Shown here: in pieces, positions 16,468 to 24,381 of the stretch | How positions within the stretch are numbered: the stretch's first letter is position 1 | Layout of the letters: every line of letters begins with the position of its first letter | From: Patescibacteria group bacterium | GTDB lineage: Bacteria > Patescibacteriota > Minisyncoccia > Minisyncoccales > GWA2-38-27 | Direction of reading: 5' to 3' | Assembly: GCA_020148045.1 (NCBI GenBank) | Contig: JAHCRG010000006.1 | Coordinates: forward strand, 73,909-137,908 | Length of the DNA stretch: 64,000 nt | Made by a program: the position numbers and the translations under genes | The notes under the pieces: generated by a model | Databases searched by the model: none | Told to the model about the DNA's origin: nothing | Seen by the model: the letters and a program-made list of their open reading frames with translations, nothing else

Positions 16468-17541
16468 ATGGTTTTAATTATAATTATAGCTTTTATTTCT
16501 CTTGTTGTTTTAATAATTCTTCACGAATTCGGCCATTTTATTTTAGCAAAGAAATTTGGAGTAAAAGTTGAGGAATTTGGTTTAGGTTATCCTCCTAGAT
16601 TGTTTGGCAAGAAAATAGGAGAAACAATTTATTCTTTAAATCTTTTACCGTTCGGAGGTTTCGTTAAGATTTTCGGGCAGGAGAAGAGGATTGATAAACC
16701 ACGCAGTTTTACCATCAAGCCATTTTACCAAAAAGCCCTTATTATTTTAGGTGGGGTTGTTTCTTTTTGGGTAGTTGCAGCAATTTTACTAAGTGTTGTG
16801 ATGGGAATAGGGGCCCCGACAATGGTAGAGGATGAAGAAAACCAGGGTTTAGTCAACCCAAAAATTCAGATTACTGCTATTGCTTCTAATTCTCCAGCAG
16901 AGGAGGCAGGATTAAAGCTCGGAGACACGATAATGAGTATTTCCGGTACAGATATTAATAAAATAAAAGAAGTTCAGGGATTTACTCAAGCGCATAAAGG
17001 AGAGGAAATTATTTTAACAATTCGGAGAGGTAAAGAAGTTTTTGATGTTTCTTTAGTTCCCAGAGTTTCTCCTCCGGAAAATGAAGGACCAATGGGAGTG
17101 GCTTTGGCCAGAACAGCCTTGAAATCTTATCCCTGGTATCAGGCACCGATTAAAGGAATTGTGGCAACCTGCAATTTGACTTTAATGATAATTAAAGTGT
17201 GGGGAACAACTATAATGAATTTATTTCAGGGTAAGGGGGTGCCTGCTGGGGTAGAAGTAAGAGGAATAGTGGGAATTTTTGGACTATTCATTCAGGTAGG
17301 AGCTATGGGAGCAAGTTATTTTTTGCAATTCATAGCTATGATTTCTGTTTCTCTTGCTTTGATTAATGTTTTGCCCATTCCAGCTTTAGATGGCGGATGG
17401 TTGTTATTTCTCGTTATTGAAAAATTAAAGGGAAGGCCTTTAAATCAAAAAATCGTTCAGAATATCAGTCTTGTTTTCTTTTTTCTATTAATTGCTTTGA
17501 TGATTTGGGTTACAATAAGAGATATAAGCAGAATTTTCTAA
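16468..17541 (+). CDS. rseP: RIP/site-2 zinc metalloprotease (RseP family) with a PDZ domain
   Basis: HEFGHF motif in TM1, PDZ-like SPAEEAGLKLGDTI, and C-terminal NVLPIPALDGG. Confidence 0.85.
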   Translation: MVLIIIIAFISLVVLIILHEFGHFILAKKFGVKVEEFGLGYPPRLFGKKIGETIYSLNLLPFGGFVKIFGQEKRIDKPRSFTIKPFYQKALIILGGVVSFWVVAAILLSVVMGIGAPTMVEDEENQGLVNPKIQITAIASNSPAEEAGLKLGDTIMSISGTDINKIKEVQGFTQAHKGEEIILTIRRGKEVFDVSLVPRVSPPENEGPMGVALARTALKSYPWYQAPIKGIVATCNLTLMIIKVWGTTIMNLFQGKGVPAGVEVRGIVGIFGLFIQVGAMGASYFLQFIAMISVSLALINVLPIPALDGGWLLFLVIEKLKGRPLNQKIVQNISLVFFFLLIALMIWVTIRDISRIF

Positions 17542-17571
17542 GGAAAATTCTTAATTTCTAATTTCTAAAAA

Positions 17572-18813
17572 ATGAGGCAGTCACAACTTTTTTCTAAAAC
17601 TTTAAAAAAAGCCCCAAAGGAGGCAGAAATTGCTTCTCATAAATTATTATTGAGAGGTGATTTTATTTCTCAATTAGCTTCAGGGATATATAACTTCTTG
17701 CCTTTAGGACACAGAGTTCACAGAAAAATAGAGAAGGTTGTGCGGCAAGAAATGAATGCGATTGATAGCCAAGAAGTTTTTCTGCCATCTCTACAACCAA
17801 AAGAACTCTGGCAAAAGACAGATCGTTGGGACCATATGGAGCCGCCTCTTTTTAAAATTAAAGATAGGCATAAAAAAGAATTTGCTTTAGGCCCAACCCA
17901 TGAAGAGGTAATCACTGATCTGTTAAAGGGCCGAGTTCAATCATATAAGGATTTGCCTGTTTATCTTTATCAAATTCAAACAAAATTTAGAAACGAAATG
18001 CGCTTTACCGGCGGTCTTTTGCGGACAAGAGAATTTGTAATGAAAGACCTTTATAGTTTTCATCCTGATAAAAAAGATTTAGATAAGTTTTTTAATAAAG
18101 TTCTTTTGGCTTATGATAAGATTTTTAAGCGTTGTGGATTAAAGGCAATAAAAAGTGAGGCATCCGGTGGAGTATTCACCAAAGAAAAGACCTATGAATT
18201 CCAGGTTATGTCAAAAGAGGGAGAAGATAAGATAATTTATTGTCCTAAATGTAATTGGGCTGTTAATTTAGACGTAGCTAAAGTTAGAGCTGGAGGGAAA
18301 TGTCCTAAATGTAAGGGCAAGCTGATTAAGAGCAATTCTATTGAAGTGGGGCATACTTTTAGATTGGGGACAAAATATTCTAAAGCCCTTAATCTTTATT
18401 TCAGAGATAAAAAAGGAGAAAAGAAGCCAGTGGTAATGGGTTGCTATGGAATTGGCCTGGGGAGGTTAATGGCAGCGATTGTTGAGATTAATCATGATGA
18501 CAAAGGAATTATTTGGCCAAAAGAAGTAGCTCCTTTCCGGGTTCATCTAATTCAGATTGAGGATGATCAGAAAATTAGAAAAGCAGCAGAGAAGCTGTAT
18601 AGAGATTTACAAAACAAAGCAGTTGAAGTACTATATGATGATAGAACTGATAAGAGTGCTGGAGAGAAGTTTGCTGAAGCAGATTTAATTGGAATACCAA
18701 TTCGGCTGGTTGTTAGTGAAAAAACATTGAGAGATAGTTCTATAGAGGTTAAAAAAAGAGATGAGAATAAAACATGTTTAATAAAATTTTCTCATATATT
18801 TCAAATAATATAG
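17572..18813 (+). CDS. proS: prolyl-tRNA synthetase, minimal bacterial type (413 aa, no INS editing domain, CxxC..CxxC insert)
   Basis: MRQSQLF..TLK..P.EAEI.SH.LL.R. and FRNE.R...GLLR.REF.MKD.YSF (motif 2). CPKCNWAV...CPKCKGKL sits where INS normally is. GCYGIGLGRL (motif 3). Confidence 0.85.
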   Translation: MRQSQLFSKTLKKAPKEAEIASHKLLLRGDFISQLASGIYNFLPLGHRVHRKIEKVVRQEMNAIDSQEVFLPSLQPKELWQKTDRWDHMEPPLFKIKDRHKKEFALGPTHEEVITDLLKGRVQSYKDLPVYLYQIQTKFRNEMRFTGGLLRTREFVMKDLYSFHPDKKDLDKFFNKVLLAYDKIFKRCGLKAIKSEASGGVFTKEKTYEFQVMSKEGEDKIIYCPKCNWAVNLDVAKVRAGGKCPKCKGKLIKSNSIEVGHTFRLGTKYSKALNLYFRDKKGEKKPVVMGCYGIGLGRLMAAIVEINHDDKGIIWPKEVAPFRVHLIQIEDDQKIRKAAEKLYRDLQNKAVEVLYDDRTDKSAGEKFAEADLIGIPIRLVVSEKTLRDSSIEVKKRDENKTCLIKFSHIFQII

Positions 18814-19826
18814 CTATTGATTTAGGAACTGCTAATTCTCTGGTTTATGTTCAAAGTAGAGGAATAGTTATCAACGAGCCCTCGGTGGTAGCAATAAATC
18901 AAAAGACCGGCCAAATCCTGGCAATTGGTGAGGAAGCCAAAAAAATGGTTGGCCGGACTCCAGCCCATATTGTTGCTACCAGGCCTTTGGTTGAAGGAGT
19001 AGTCTCCGATTTTGAGGTTACCGAGCAAATGTTGAAGTACTTCATTGAAAAAGTTCACAAAAGGAAATTTATTTTAGGCCCTCGGCCTCGGGTTATCGTT
19101 GGTGTTCCTTACGGAGTTACCGAAGTTGAAAAAAAGGCGGTTCGTGATGCTGCCGGGAATGCTGGAGCAAGAGATGTATTTTTGATAGAAGAGCCAATGG
19201 CAGCAGCTATTGGAGCGAGATTAGCGGTTCAGGAAGCTGGTGGTAATTTTATTGTTGACATTGGAGGAGGAACAACTGAAGTGGCCGTGATTTCTCTTGG
19301 AGGGATAGTTATTGCCAAAAGCTTACGCATTGCAGGAGACAAACTTAACGAAGATATAATTCGATTTGCCCAAGAGGAATATAGGTTATTAATAGGAGAG
19401 AGGGGAGCCGAAGAGGTTAAAATTGGAATTGGTTCTGCTTATCCCTTAAAAGAAAAAAGAGAACTTCCTTTAAGAGGAAGAAATTTAGTTACCGGATTGC
19501 CGGAAGAAATTTTGGTTACTGATGAAGATATCAGGAAGGCTTTAGAAAAATCAGTAAAACAGATTGTTACAGCTATAAAGACCACAGTAGAGGAAACCCC
19601 CCCTGAACTTTTAGCCGATATTATGGCAAAAGGGATTTATCTTGTAGGCGGTGGCAGTTTGCTTAAAAAATTAGATGTCTTAATTCAAGAAGAGGTGAAA
19701 ATTCCTGTTAAAATTATTGAAGACCCAATGACCACAATGGTTAGGGGAGCGGGAATGGTTTTAGAAAATCTTGATGAATTACATGAAATATTAACAGAAA
19801 GGGAGGAGATGGAACCACCAAAGTAA
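18774..19826 (+). CDS. mreB: rod-shape protein MreB (paralogue 2)
   Basis: IAIDLGTANSLVYV, EPSVVA, RPL.EGVVSDF, DIGGGTTEVAVISLGGIV, GGGSLLKKLD. Overlaps the proS 3' end by 40 nt. Confidence 0.9.
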   Translation: MFNKIFSYISNNIAIDLGTANSLVYVQSRGIVINEPSVVAINQKTGQILAIGEEAKKMVGRTPAHIVATRPLVEGVVSDFEVTEQMLKYFIEKVHKRKFILGPRPRVIVGVPYGVTEVEKKAVRDAAGNAGARDVFLIEEPMAAAIGARLAVQEAGGNFIVDIGGGTTEVAVISLGGIVIAKSLRIAGDKLNEDIIRFAQEEYRLLIGERGAEEVKIGIGSAYPLKEKRELPLRGRNLVTGLPEEILVTDEDIRKALEKSVKQIVTAIKTTVEETPPELLADIMAKGIYLVGGGSLLKKLDVLIQEEVKIPVKIIEDPMTTMVRGAGMVLENLDELHEILTEREEMEPPK

Positions 19827-19839
19827 ATTTCTAATTTCT

Positions 19840-20142
19840 ATGATATCAAAACAAGACGTTCAACATATTGCAAAGCTTGCTCGGCTTGGTTTGACAGAAG
19901 ATGAGATTAAAAAGTTCCAGAAAGACCTTTCTTCGATTTTAGATTACTTTAAGTCCTTAAAAGAAATTGATGTTTCAAAGATAGAGCCGACCTTTCATCC
20001 AGCTGAGCATTTTTTTAAGAGAAAATTAGGGATAATGAGACAAGATAGGGCAGAGCCTCAATCAATTAAAGTAGTAAATAAATTAGTTGAAGCAGCCCCT
20101 GAAAAGAGAAAGAGACATATCAAAGTTAAAGCCATATTTTAA
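19840..20142 (+). CDS. gatC: Asp/Glu-tRNA amidotransferase subunit C
   Basis: [21 protein letters not shown]...L.E.D. Confidence 0.85.
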   Translation: MISKQDVQHIAKLARLGLTEDEIKKFQKDLSSILDYFKSLKEIDVSKIEPTFHPAEHFFKRKLGIMRQDRAEPQSIKVVNKLVEAAPEKRKRHIKVKAIF

Positions 20143-20149
20143 ATCAAAA

Positions 20150-21562
20150 ATGGAGCTTCACCAACTCACTATCACTCGAGCTCATGAGGGATTAAAGAAA
20201 AAAGAATTCTCAGCTTCGGAATTAACTAAAGCTTTTTTAAATAGAATTGGAAAACTTGATAAAAAGATTTCAGCTTTTTTGACAATTACGGAAGATTTAG
20301 CTCTTTTAGAGGCAAAAAAAATTGACGATTTGGTTTCAGCTGGCAAAAATATTTCAATTTTAGCTGGTATCCCTTTAGCTGTTAAAGATAATATTTTAGT
20401 TGAGGGGGTGAAAACAACTTGTGCTTCAAGAATTCTTGAAAATTATATTGCTCCTTATGATGCAACCTGTATAAAAAAACTTAAAAAATTAGGAGCAATA
20501 ATTTTAGGAAAGACAAATCTGGATGAATTTGCCATGGGTTCTTCAACTGAACATTCTGCTTTTTTCCCAACCAAAAACCCTCATGATTTGACCCGAGTGC
20601 CTGGAGGCAGCTCCGGAGGTTCGGCAGCTGCAGTGGCTGCTGATTTATGCTGCTATGCTCTCGGTTCTGATACCGGAGGCTCTATCAGGCAGCCTGCTTC
20701 TTTTTGTGGAGTTGTAGGATTAAAGCCAACTTATGGCGCGGTTTCCCGTTATGGTTTAATTGCTTTTGCTTCTTCTTTAGACCAAATCGGTCCTATTACT
20801 AAAACCGCTGAGGATGCTCAGATTGTGCTCCAAGCTATCAGCGGCAAGGATCCGTTAGATTCTACAAGCGTGGAACAAGAAACAAGAAACAAGAAACAAG
20901 AAACAAATATTGAAGAATTACGTATTGGAATTCCAAAAGAGTATTTTGTAGAAGGGATGGATAAAGAAGTTGAGAAGATAATCAAACAAGCGATTAAAAA
21001 AATAGAGGAAATGGGAGCGAAAATTGAAGAAATCAGCTTGCCTCATACAAAATACGCCTTAGCTATCTATTATCTTATTATGCCATCTGAGGCCTCAGCT
21101 AATTTGGCAAGATACGACGGTATTAAATATGGACTGTCAAAATCTGGTAAAGATTTGTTGGGTGTATATTTGAAAAGCAGAGCAGAGGGCCTTGGAGATG
21201 AGGTAAAGAGAAGGATTATGCTGGGCACATATGCATTGTCTACGGGTTATTATGATGCATATTATTTAAAAGCTCAAAAAGTTAGGACTTTAATCAAAGA
21301 TGATTTTAATAAGGCCTTTAAAAAAGTTGATGCTATTTTTACTCCTACTTCTCCAAGCCCGGCTTTTAAGCTCGGAGAAAAAATTGATGACCCTCTCTTA
21401 ATGTATCTTTCTGATATTTTTACTGTTTCAGTAAATTTAGTGGGATTACCGGCTATTTCTGTACCAGTAGGTTCAATAGGGAAGTTGCCAGTTGGTTTAC
21501 AAATTATTGGGAAACCATTTGAAGAAAATAAAATTTTAGAAATTAGTAAAATCTATGAATAA
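20150..21562 (+). CDS. gatA: Asp/Glu-tRNA amidotransferase subunit A
   Basis: Amidase signature [13 protein letters not shown]....[27 protein letters not shown]; DNI.V.G..TTC.S. Start MELHQLT at 20150. Confidence 0.9.
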   Translation: MELHQLTITRAHEGLKKKEFSASELTKAFLNRIGKLDKKISAFLTITEDLALLEAKKIDDLVSAGKNISILAGIPLAVKDNILVEGVKTTCASRILENYIAPYDATCIKKLKKLGAIILGKTNLDEFAMGSSTEHSAFFPTKNPHDLTRVPGGSSGGSAAAVAADLCCYALGSDTGGSIRQPASFCGVVGLKPTYGAVSRYGLIAFASSLDQIGPITKTAEDAQIVLQAISGKDPLDSTSVEQETRNKKQETNIEELRIGIPKEYFVEGMDKEVEKIIKQAIKKIEEMGAKIEEISLPHTKYALAIYYLIMPSEASANLARYDGIKYGLSKSGKDLLGVYLKSRAEGLGDEVKRRIMLGTYALSTGYYDAYYLKAQKVRTLIKDDFNKAFKKVDAIFTPTSPSPAFKLGEKIDDPLLMYLSDIFTVSVNLVGLPAISVPVGSIGKLPVGLQIIGKPFEENKILEISKIYE

Positions 21563-22055
21563 TATATTTTCTCTTATTTTATCTTCAGTATTTTTATTTT
21601 ATCTAAAAATTATTTTTGTAATTCTTGCTTTGATTTTTGTAGGCAGTATAATTGCTCTTCTTTTTAAAAACACCTGGTTGAAAAGGCGTATCTTGGAAGA
21701 CCTGGTAGAGTTTGTTGTTTATAGACCCTTTGGGGTGAAAAGAACTTTCAAGCGATGGGCTAAGATTACCAAAAGATTGGAAACTGGCAAGGAAGCAGAA
21801 TGTAAGTTAGCTGTGATTGAAGCAGATAGTTTGCTAAACGATATTTTTAAAAAAATGGGATACAGTGGTGAGACAATAGGAGAGATACTAAAGCAATTAG
21901 ATTCAACTACTTTGCCAAATATTGAGCAAATTTGGGAAGCACATAAAATCCGTAATAATGTTGTCCATGACCCTGATTATCACTTTACTTTAGATGAAGC
22001 AAAAAAAACGTTGATAATTTACGAAAAAGCCCTCCGTGACTTAGAGATGTTTTAA
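21555..22055 (+). CDS. membrane-anchored protein of unknown function with an Rx4H-containing helical domain
   Basis: N-terminal TM region ([31 protein letters not shown]); C-terminal [16 protein letters not shown]. Confidence 0.55.
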   Translation: MNNIFSLILSSVFLFYLKIIFVILALIFVGSIIALLFKNTWLKRRILEDLVEFVVYRPFGVKRTFKRWAKITKRLETGKEAECKLAVIEADSLLNDIFKKMGYSGETIGEILKQLDSTTLPNIEQIWEAHKIRNNVVHDPDYHFTLDEAKKTLIIYEKALRDLEMF

Positions 22056-22075
22056 ACTTCCAAGCAATAAGGTTT

Positions 22076-22118
22076 ACCCTCACACCAATGAAATTGGTAG
22101 TGAGGGTTGATTTTTTTT
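22076..22118 (+). terminator. rho-independent terminator
   Basis: ACCCTCACACCAATGAAATTGGTAGTGAGGGT long hairpin followed by TGATTTTTTTT. Confidence 0.8.
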
Positions 22119-22140
22119 GGAAAATATAATAAAATGGGCC

Positions 22141-22211
22141 TGCGGGGTGGAGAAGTAGTATCTTGCGAGGCCCATAACCTCGAGACGCGCGTGCAATTCG
22201 CGCCCCCGCAA
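22141..22211 (+). tRNA. tRNA-Met(CAT), initiator-like but atypical (no encoded CCA)
   Basis: Hand fold: acceptor TGCGGGG/CCCCGCA, D stem GAGA/TCTT (A11:U24), anticodon stem CGAGG/CCTCG with loop CCCATAA, T stem GCGCG/CGCGC with loop TGCAATT. The 5' GCGGGGUGGAG and 3' CCCCGCAA match bacterial tRNA-fMet. Confidence 0.6.
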
Positions 22212-22212
22212 C

Positions 22213-22288
22213 GCCGGTGTAGCTCAGTGGTTAGAGCAGGGTCTTCATAAGGCCAAGGTCGGCCGTTCAAATCGGCCCACCGGCACCA
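22213..22288 (+). tRNA. tRNA-Met or tRNA-Ile2 (anticodon CAT), CCA encoded
   Basis: Acceptor GCCGGTG/CACCGGC, D arm GCTC-AGTGGTTA-GAGC, anticodon loop TTCATAA, T arm GGCCG-TTCAAAT-CGGCC, then ACCA. Confidence 0.85.
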
Positions 22289-22289
22289 G

Positions 22290-22363
22290 GCGGGTGTAGC
22301 TCAATTGGATAGAGCCCTGGATTGTCGATCCAGTGATTGCCGGTTCGAGTCCGGTCGCCCGCG
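22290..22363 (+). tRNA. tRNA-Asp(GTC)
   Basis: Acceptor GCGGGTG/CGCCCGC, D arm GCTC-AATTGGATA-GAGC, anticodon stem CTGGA/TCCAG with loop TTGTCGA, T arm GCCGG-TTCGAGT-CCGGT. Confidence 0.85.
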
Positions 22364-22374
22364 CATTAAAAAAT

Positions 22375-22398
22375 AAGGGGATTATCTCCTTGTTTTTT
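22375..22398 (+). terminator. terminator after the tRNA trio
   Basis: AAGGGGA-TTA-TCTCCTT hairpin followed by GTTTTTT. Confidence 0.6.
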
Positions 22399-22401
22399 AA
22401 T

Positions 22402-22461
22402 TTGACAGAAGTTTGAGAAATTGCTAAAAACAGAGGAGAGGCTAAATCCTCTTTTTAGCAA
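22402..22461 (+). promoter_or_regulatory. promoter TTGACA-17-(TGc)TAAAAA overlapped by a perfect 10-bp inverted repeat TTGCTAAAAA-N21-TTTTTAGCAA
   Basis: -35 at 22402..22407, -10 at 22425..22430. IR arms at 22421..22430 and 22452..22461, with inner GAGGA/TCCTC pairing. Confidence 0.5.
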
Positions 22462-22523
22462 ATTCGTTCTTTGAAAGTTAAATAAAAGATTGAAAATAAG
22501 AGATAAGAAAGGAGAAGATAGAT

Positions 22524-23390
22524 ATGATTGAGCTTTCGAATGGACATAAAATAAAATACGTTGCGGCGAGTGGAGCTTTGAAATTTAATGGAAAAGGATG
22601 GCTTCATGAGTGGCCCCTGCGCTGGATGGGGCTGCTTGATCCGTCTTTGTTTACCGTAGTAATCAAGACACTTACTTATTATCCAAGGAAGGGAAATTAC
22701 CATTGGTATTGGCCTTTGGGATGTATTCGTTTGATACCTGATGGAGTAGTAAATGCGGTTGGGCTTACAAATCCAGGAATTGATTGGTTCTGTAGAAAAG
22801 TTGGACCTTCAATAGATTGTAAAAGGATCGCTTTAGTTGCTTCAATTCTTTCTGACAACATATTTAGCCTTACGACGATGGCAAGGATGCTTAATGAATT
22901 TGATTTAGTTGCCTTGGCATTGAATTGGTCATGTCCAAACACTGAAAGAGATTTTTTGGAAAACACAGCAAAAATAATAACAGGATGTACGAGTGTAAAA
23001 AAGGTAAGTCGCTTTCCCTTGATTCTTAAGCTTTCAGTAGTTCATGATATAAAATCAATTCTTCCTGAGGTTGTAGGAATTGTTGAGGCAATCTCAATTA
23101 ACAGCGTTCCCTGGGAAATTATTTTCCCAGACAAGAAAAGCCCTCTTGCTCATTTAGGCGGTGGAGGAGTCTCAGGAAAAGTTGCCCAACCTCACACTTG
23201 GAAGTTTGTTGAGGAGTTGGTGGAGAAAACCTCAATTCCAGTAATTGGACCTAGTGTATGGGAATTTGATGACATTCAGGGATTGAGAATAATAGGAGCA
23301 AAAGCAATAAGCTTTGGCTCAATATTCCTCAGATACCCCTGGCGCCCCACGCAGTTTGTAAAGAAAGATATGAAAAGAAACCAAAAATGA
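22524..23390 (+). CDS. dihydroorotate dehydrogenase (class 1)-like TIM-barrel flavoenzyme
   Basis: VVIKTLTYYPRKGN, VNAVGLTNPGIDWF, LALNWSCPNT (SCPN catalytic-Cys loop), GGGGVSGK. Strong SD AAAGGAGAAG. Confidence 0.65.
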   Translation: MIELSNGHKIKYVAASGALKFNGKGWLHEWPLRWMGLLDPSLFTVVIKTLTYYPRKGNYHWYWPLGCIRLIPDGVVNAVGLTNPGIDWFCRKVGPSIDCKRIALVASILSDNIFSLTTMARMLNEFDLVALALNWSCPNTERDFLENTAKIITGCTSVKKVSRFPLILKLSVVHDIKSILPEVVGIVEAISINSVPWEIIFPDKKSPLAHLGGGGVSGKVAQPHTWKFVEELVEKTSIPVIGPSVWEFDDIQGLRIIGAKAISFGSIFLRYPWRPTQFVKKDMKRNQK

Positions 23391-23402
23391 AAGGAGAAAA
23401 AA

Positions 23403-24107
23403 ATGAACAATATATTAAACCTACCAGATGATCCGGGGTGGTGGGAAACTAGGGTGATATCTCCGGAGCAAGTTTTTGAATACTTTAAGGCTTGTAGATG
23501 CGAGTGGTTATACGAGGGAGATCCCAGTCCTGATAAGCCGCACGCTAAGTTGGCCAGTGGAGAATGCAGTAGCGGTTACTACAATTGCAGAAGATTGTTC
23601 AGCATGAAACCTAATCTTTGCGCAATTTTTGCTGCCCAATTGGTGAGAAAAATAAAAGAACTTGACTTGATAGGTAAGTTTGACCATGTTGCAGGATCTT
23701 CTTATTCAGCAATTACTATTTCTTACGAGGTGGCAAAAATTACCGGAGTTTCCCATATCTTTACTGAAAAACATCCAGACAACCCAAGAGAGCAAATTTG
23801 GAATGGCAACATTCCTTCGGGCTCAAAGGTTCTTCAGGTTGAGGAGTCTGCTGTTACTCTTGGGACAGCATGGAGAGTTCGCCGGGCAATAAATAGAAGA
23901 GATGAAAGGATTGAGTTTCTGCCGAATATTTGCGTTGTTGTGCACCGACCTCCAAAACTTCAAGTAGATTATGGTAATCTAAAAGTAATTTCTTTGGCTG
24001 AGAAACAAATATGGGCAGGTGGGAAAAGTGAATGTCCATACTGCGAAGCTGGATCTCTTCCTTACGAGCCAAAAGCCATTTGGAATATGTTTACAGGAAA
24101 GGACTGA
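23403..24107 (+). CDS. orotate phosphoribosyltransferase-like type I PRTase (divergent PRPP loop)
   Basis: HAKLASGECSSGYYNCRRLFSMKPNL resembles the OPRT F.L.SG..S.yY.d.r....P. motif. PRPP-loop position reads VLQVEESAVTLGTA. C-terminal CPYCEAG. SD AAAGGAGAAAAAA. Confidence 0.55.
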   Translation: MNNILNLPDDPGWWETRVISPEQVFEYFKACRCEWLYEGDPSPDKPHAKLASGECSSGYYNCRRLFSMKPNLCAIFAAQLVRKIKELDLIGKFDHVAGSSYSAITISYEVAKITGVSHIFTEKHPDNPREQIWNGNIPSGSKVLQVEESAVTLGTAWRVRRAINRRDERIEFLPNICVVVHRPPKLQVDYGNLKVISLAEKQIWAGGKSECPYCEAGSLPYEPKAIWNMFTGKD

Positions 24108-24123
24108 GGAGCCAAAAAATATG

Positions 24124-24154
24124 GCCGTTGAACTATAAGTTCAGCGGCTTTTTT
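24124..24154 (+). terminator. rho-independent terminator
   Basis: GCCGTTGAAC-TATAA-GTTCAGCGGC followed by TTTTTT. Confidence 0.75.
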
Positions 24155-24164
24155 CTTGGAAAAA

Positions 24165-24193
24165 TTATCCACATAATTAGCTTGATTTTAAGG
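24165..24193 (+). repeat. 29-bp direct repeat, copy 1 (TTATCCACATAATTAGCTTGATTTTAAGG)
   Basis: Identical to 24926..24954. Both copies follow a terminator hairpin. Confidence 0.9.
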
Positions 24194-24206
24194 GGAACTA
24201 CAAATA

Positions 24207-24235
24207 TTGACATTGTTTATTGAGTTTGTTAATAT
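24207..24235 (+). promoter_or_regulatory. promoter TTGACA-17-TAATAT
   Basis: -35 at 24207..24212, -10 at 24230..24235. Leaves a ~140-nt leader before the ATG at 24382. Confidence 0.5.
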
Positions 24236-24381
24236 CTGAATTGAAATAATAAACCAATAATATTGCAGAGAGTTTAACCAAAAAGAAAGGAGGTTTGCAC
24301 TTTAAAAAATTTTTCAGGTGTTAATATAGGTCCTAACGAAAAAAAACAATTAAAAAAATACGAAATAGAAAGGAGAAAGAA

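Noticed and set aside
22052-22270. 72-aa minus-strand ORF
   Set aside because: It runs through a terminator and two tRNA genes. The same applies to 50798..50992 and 51021..51206, which cover tRNA-Tyr/Thr, rpmG and tRNA-Trp.
22431-22445. CAGAGGAGAGGCU as a PyrR-binding site upstream of the pyrD-like gene
   Set aside because: It resembles the CAGAGAGGCU box only after allowing a 3-nt insertion. No pyrR gene is visible, and the left arm of the enclosing hairpin coincides with the predicted -10, so it may not be transcribed. It is mentioned in a finding only as a weak possibility.
24287-24318. Mini-ORF (TTG CAC TTT AAA AAA TTT TTC AGG TGT TAA) behind a GGAGG in the leader of 24382..24861
   Set aside because: It has only 9 codons and a non-ATG start, and conservation cannot be assessed here. 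It could be a leader peptide, but the evidence is insufficient.
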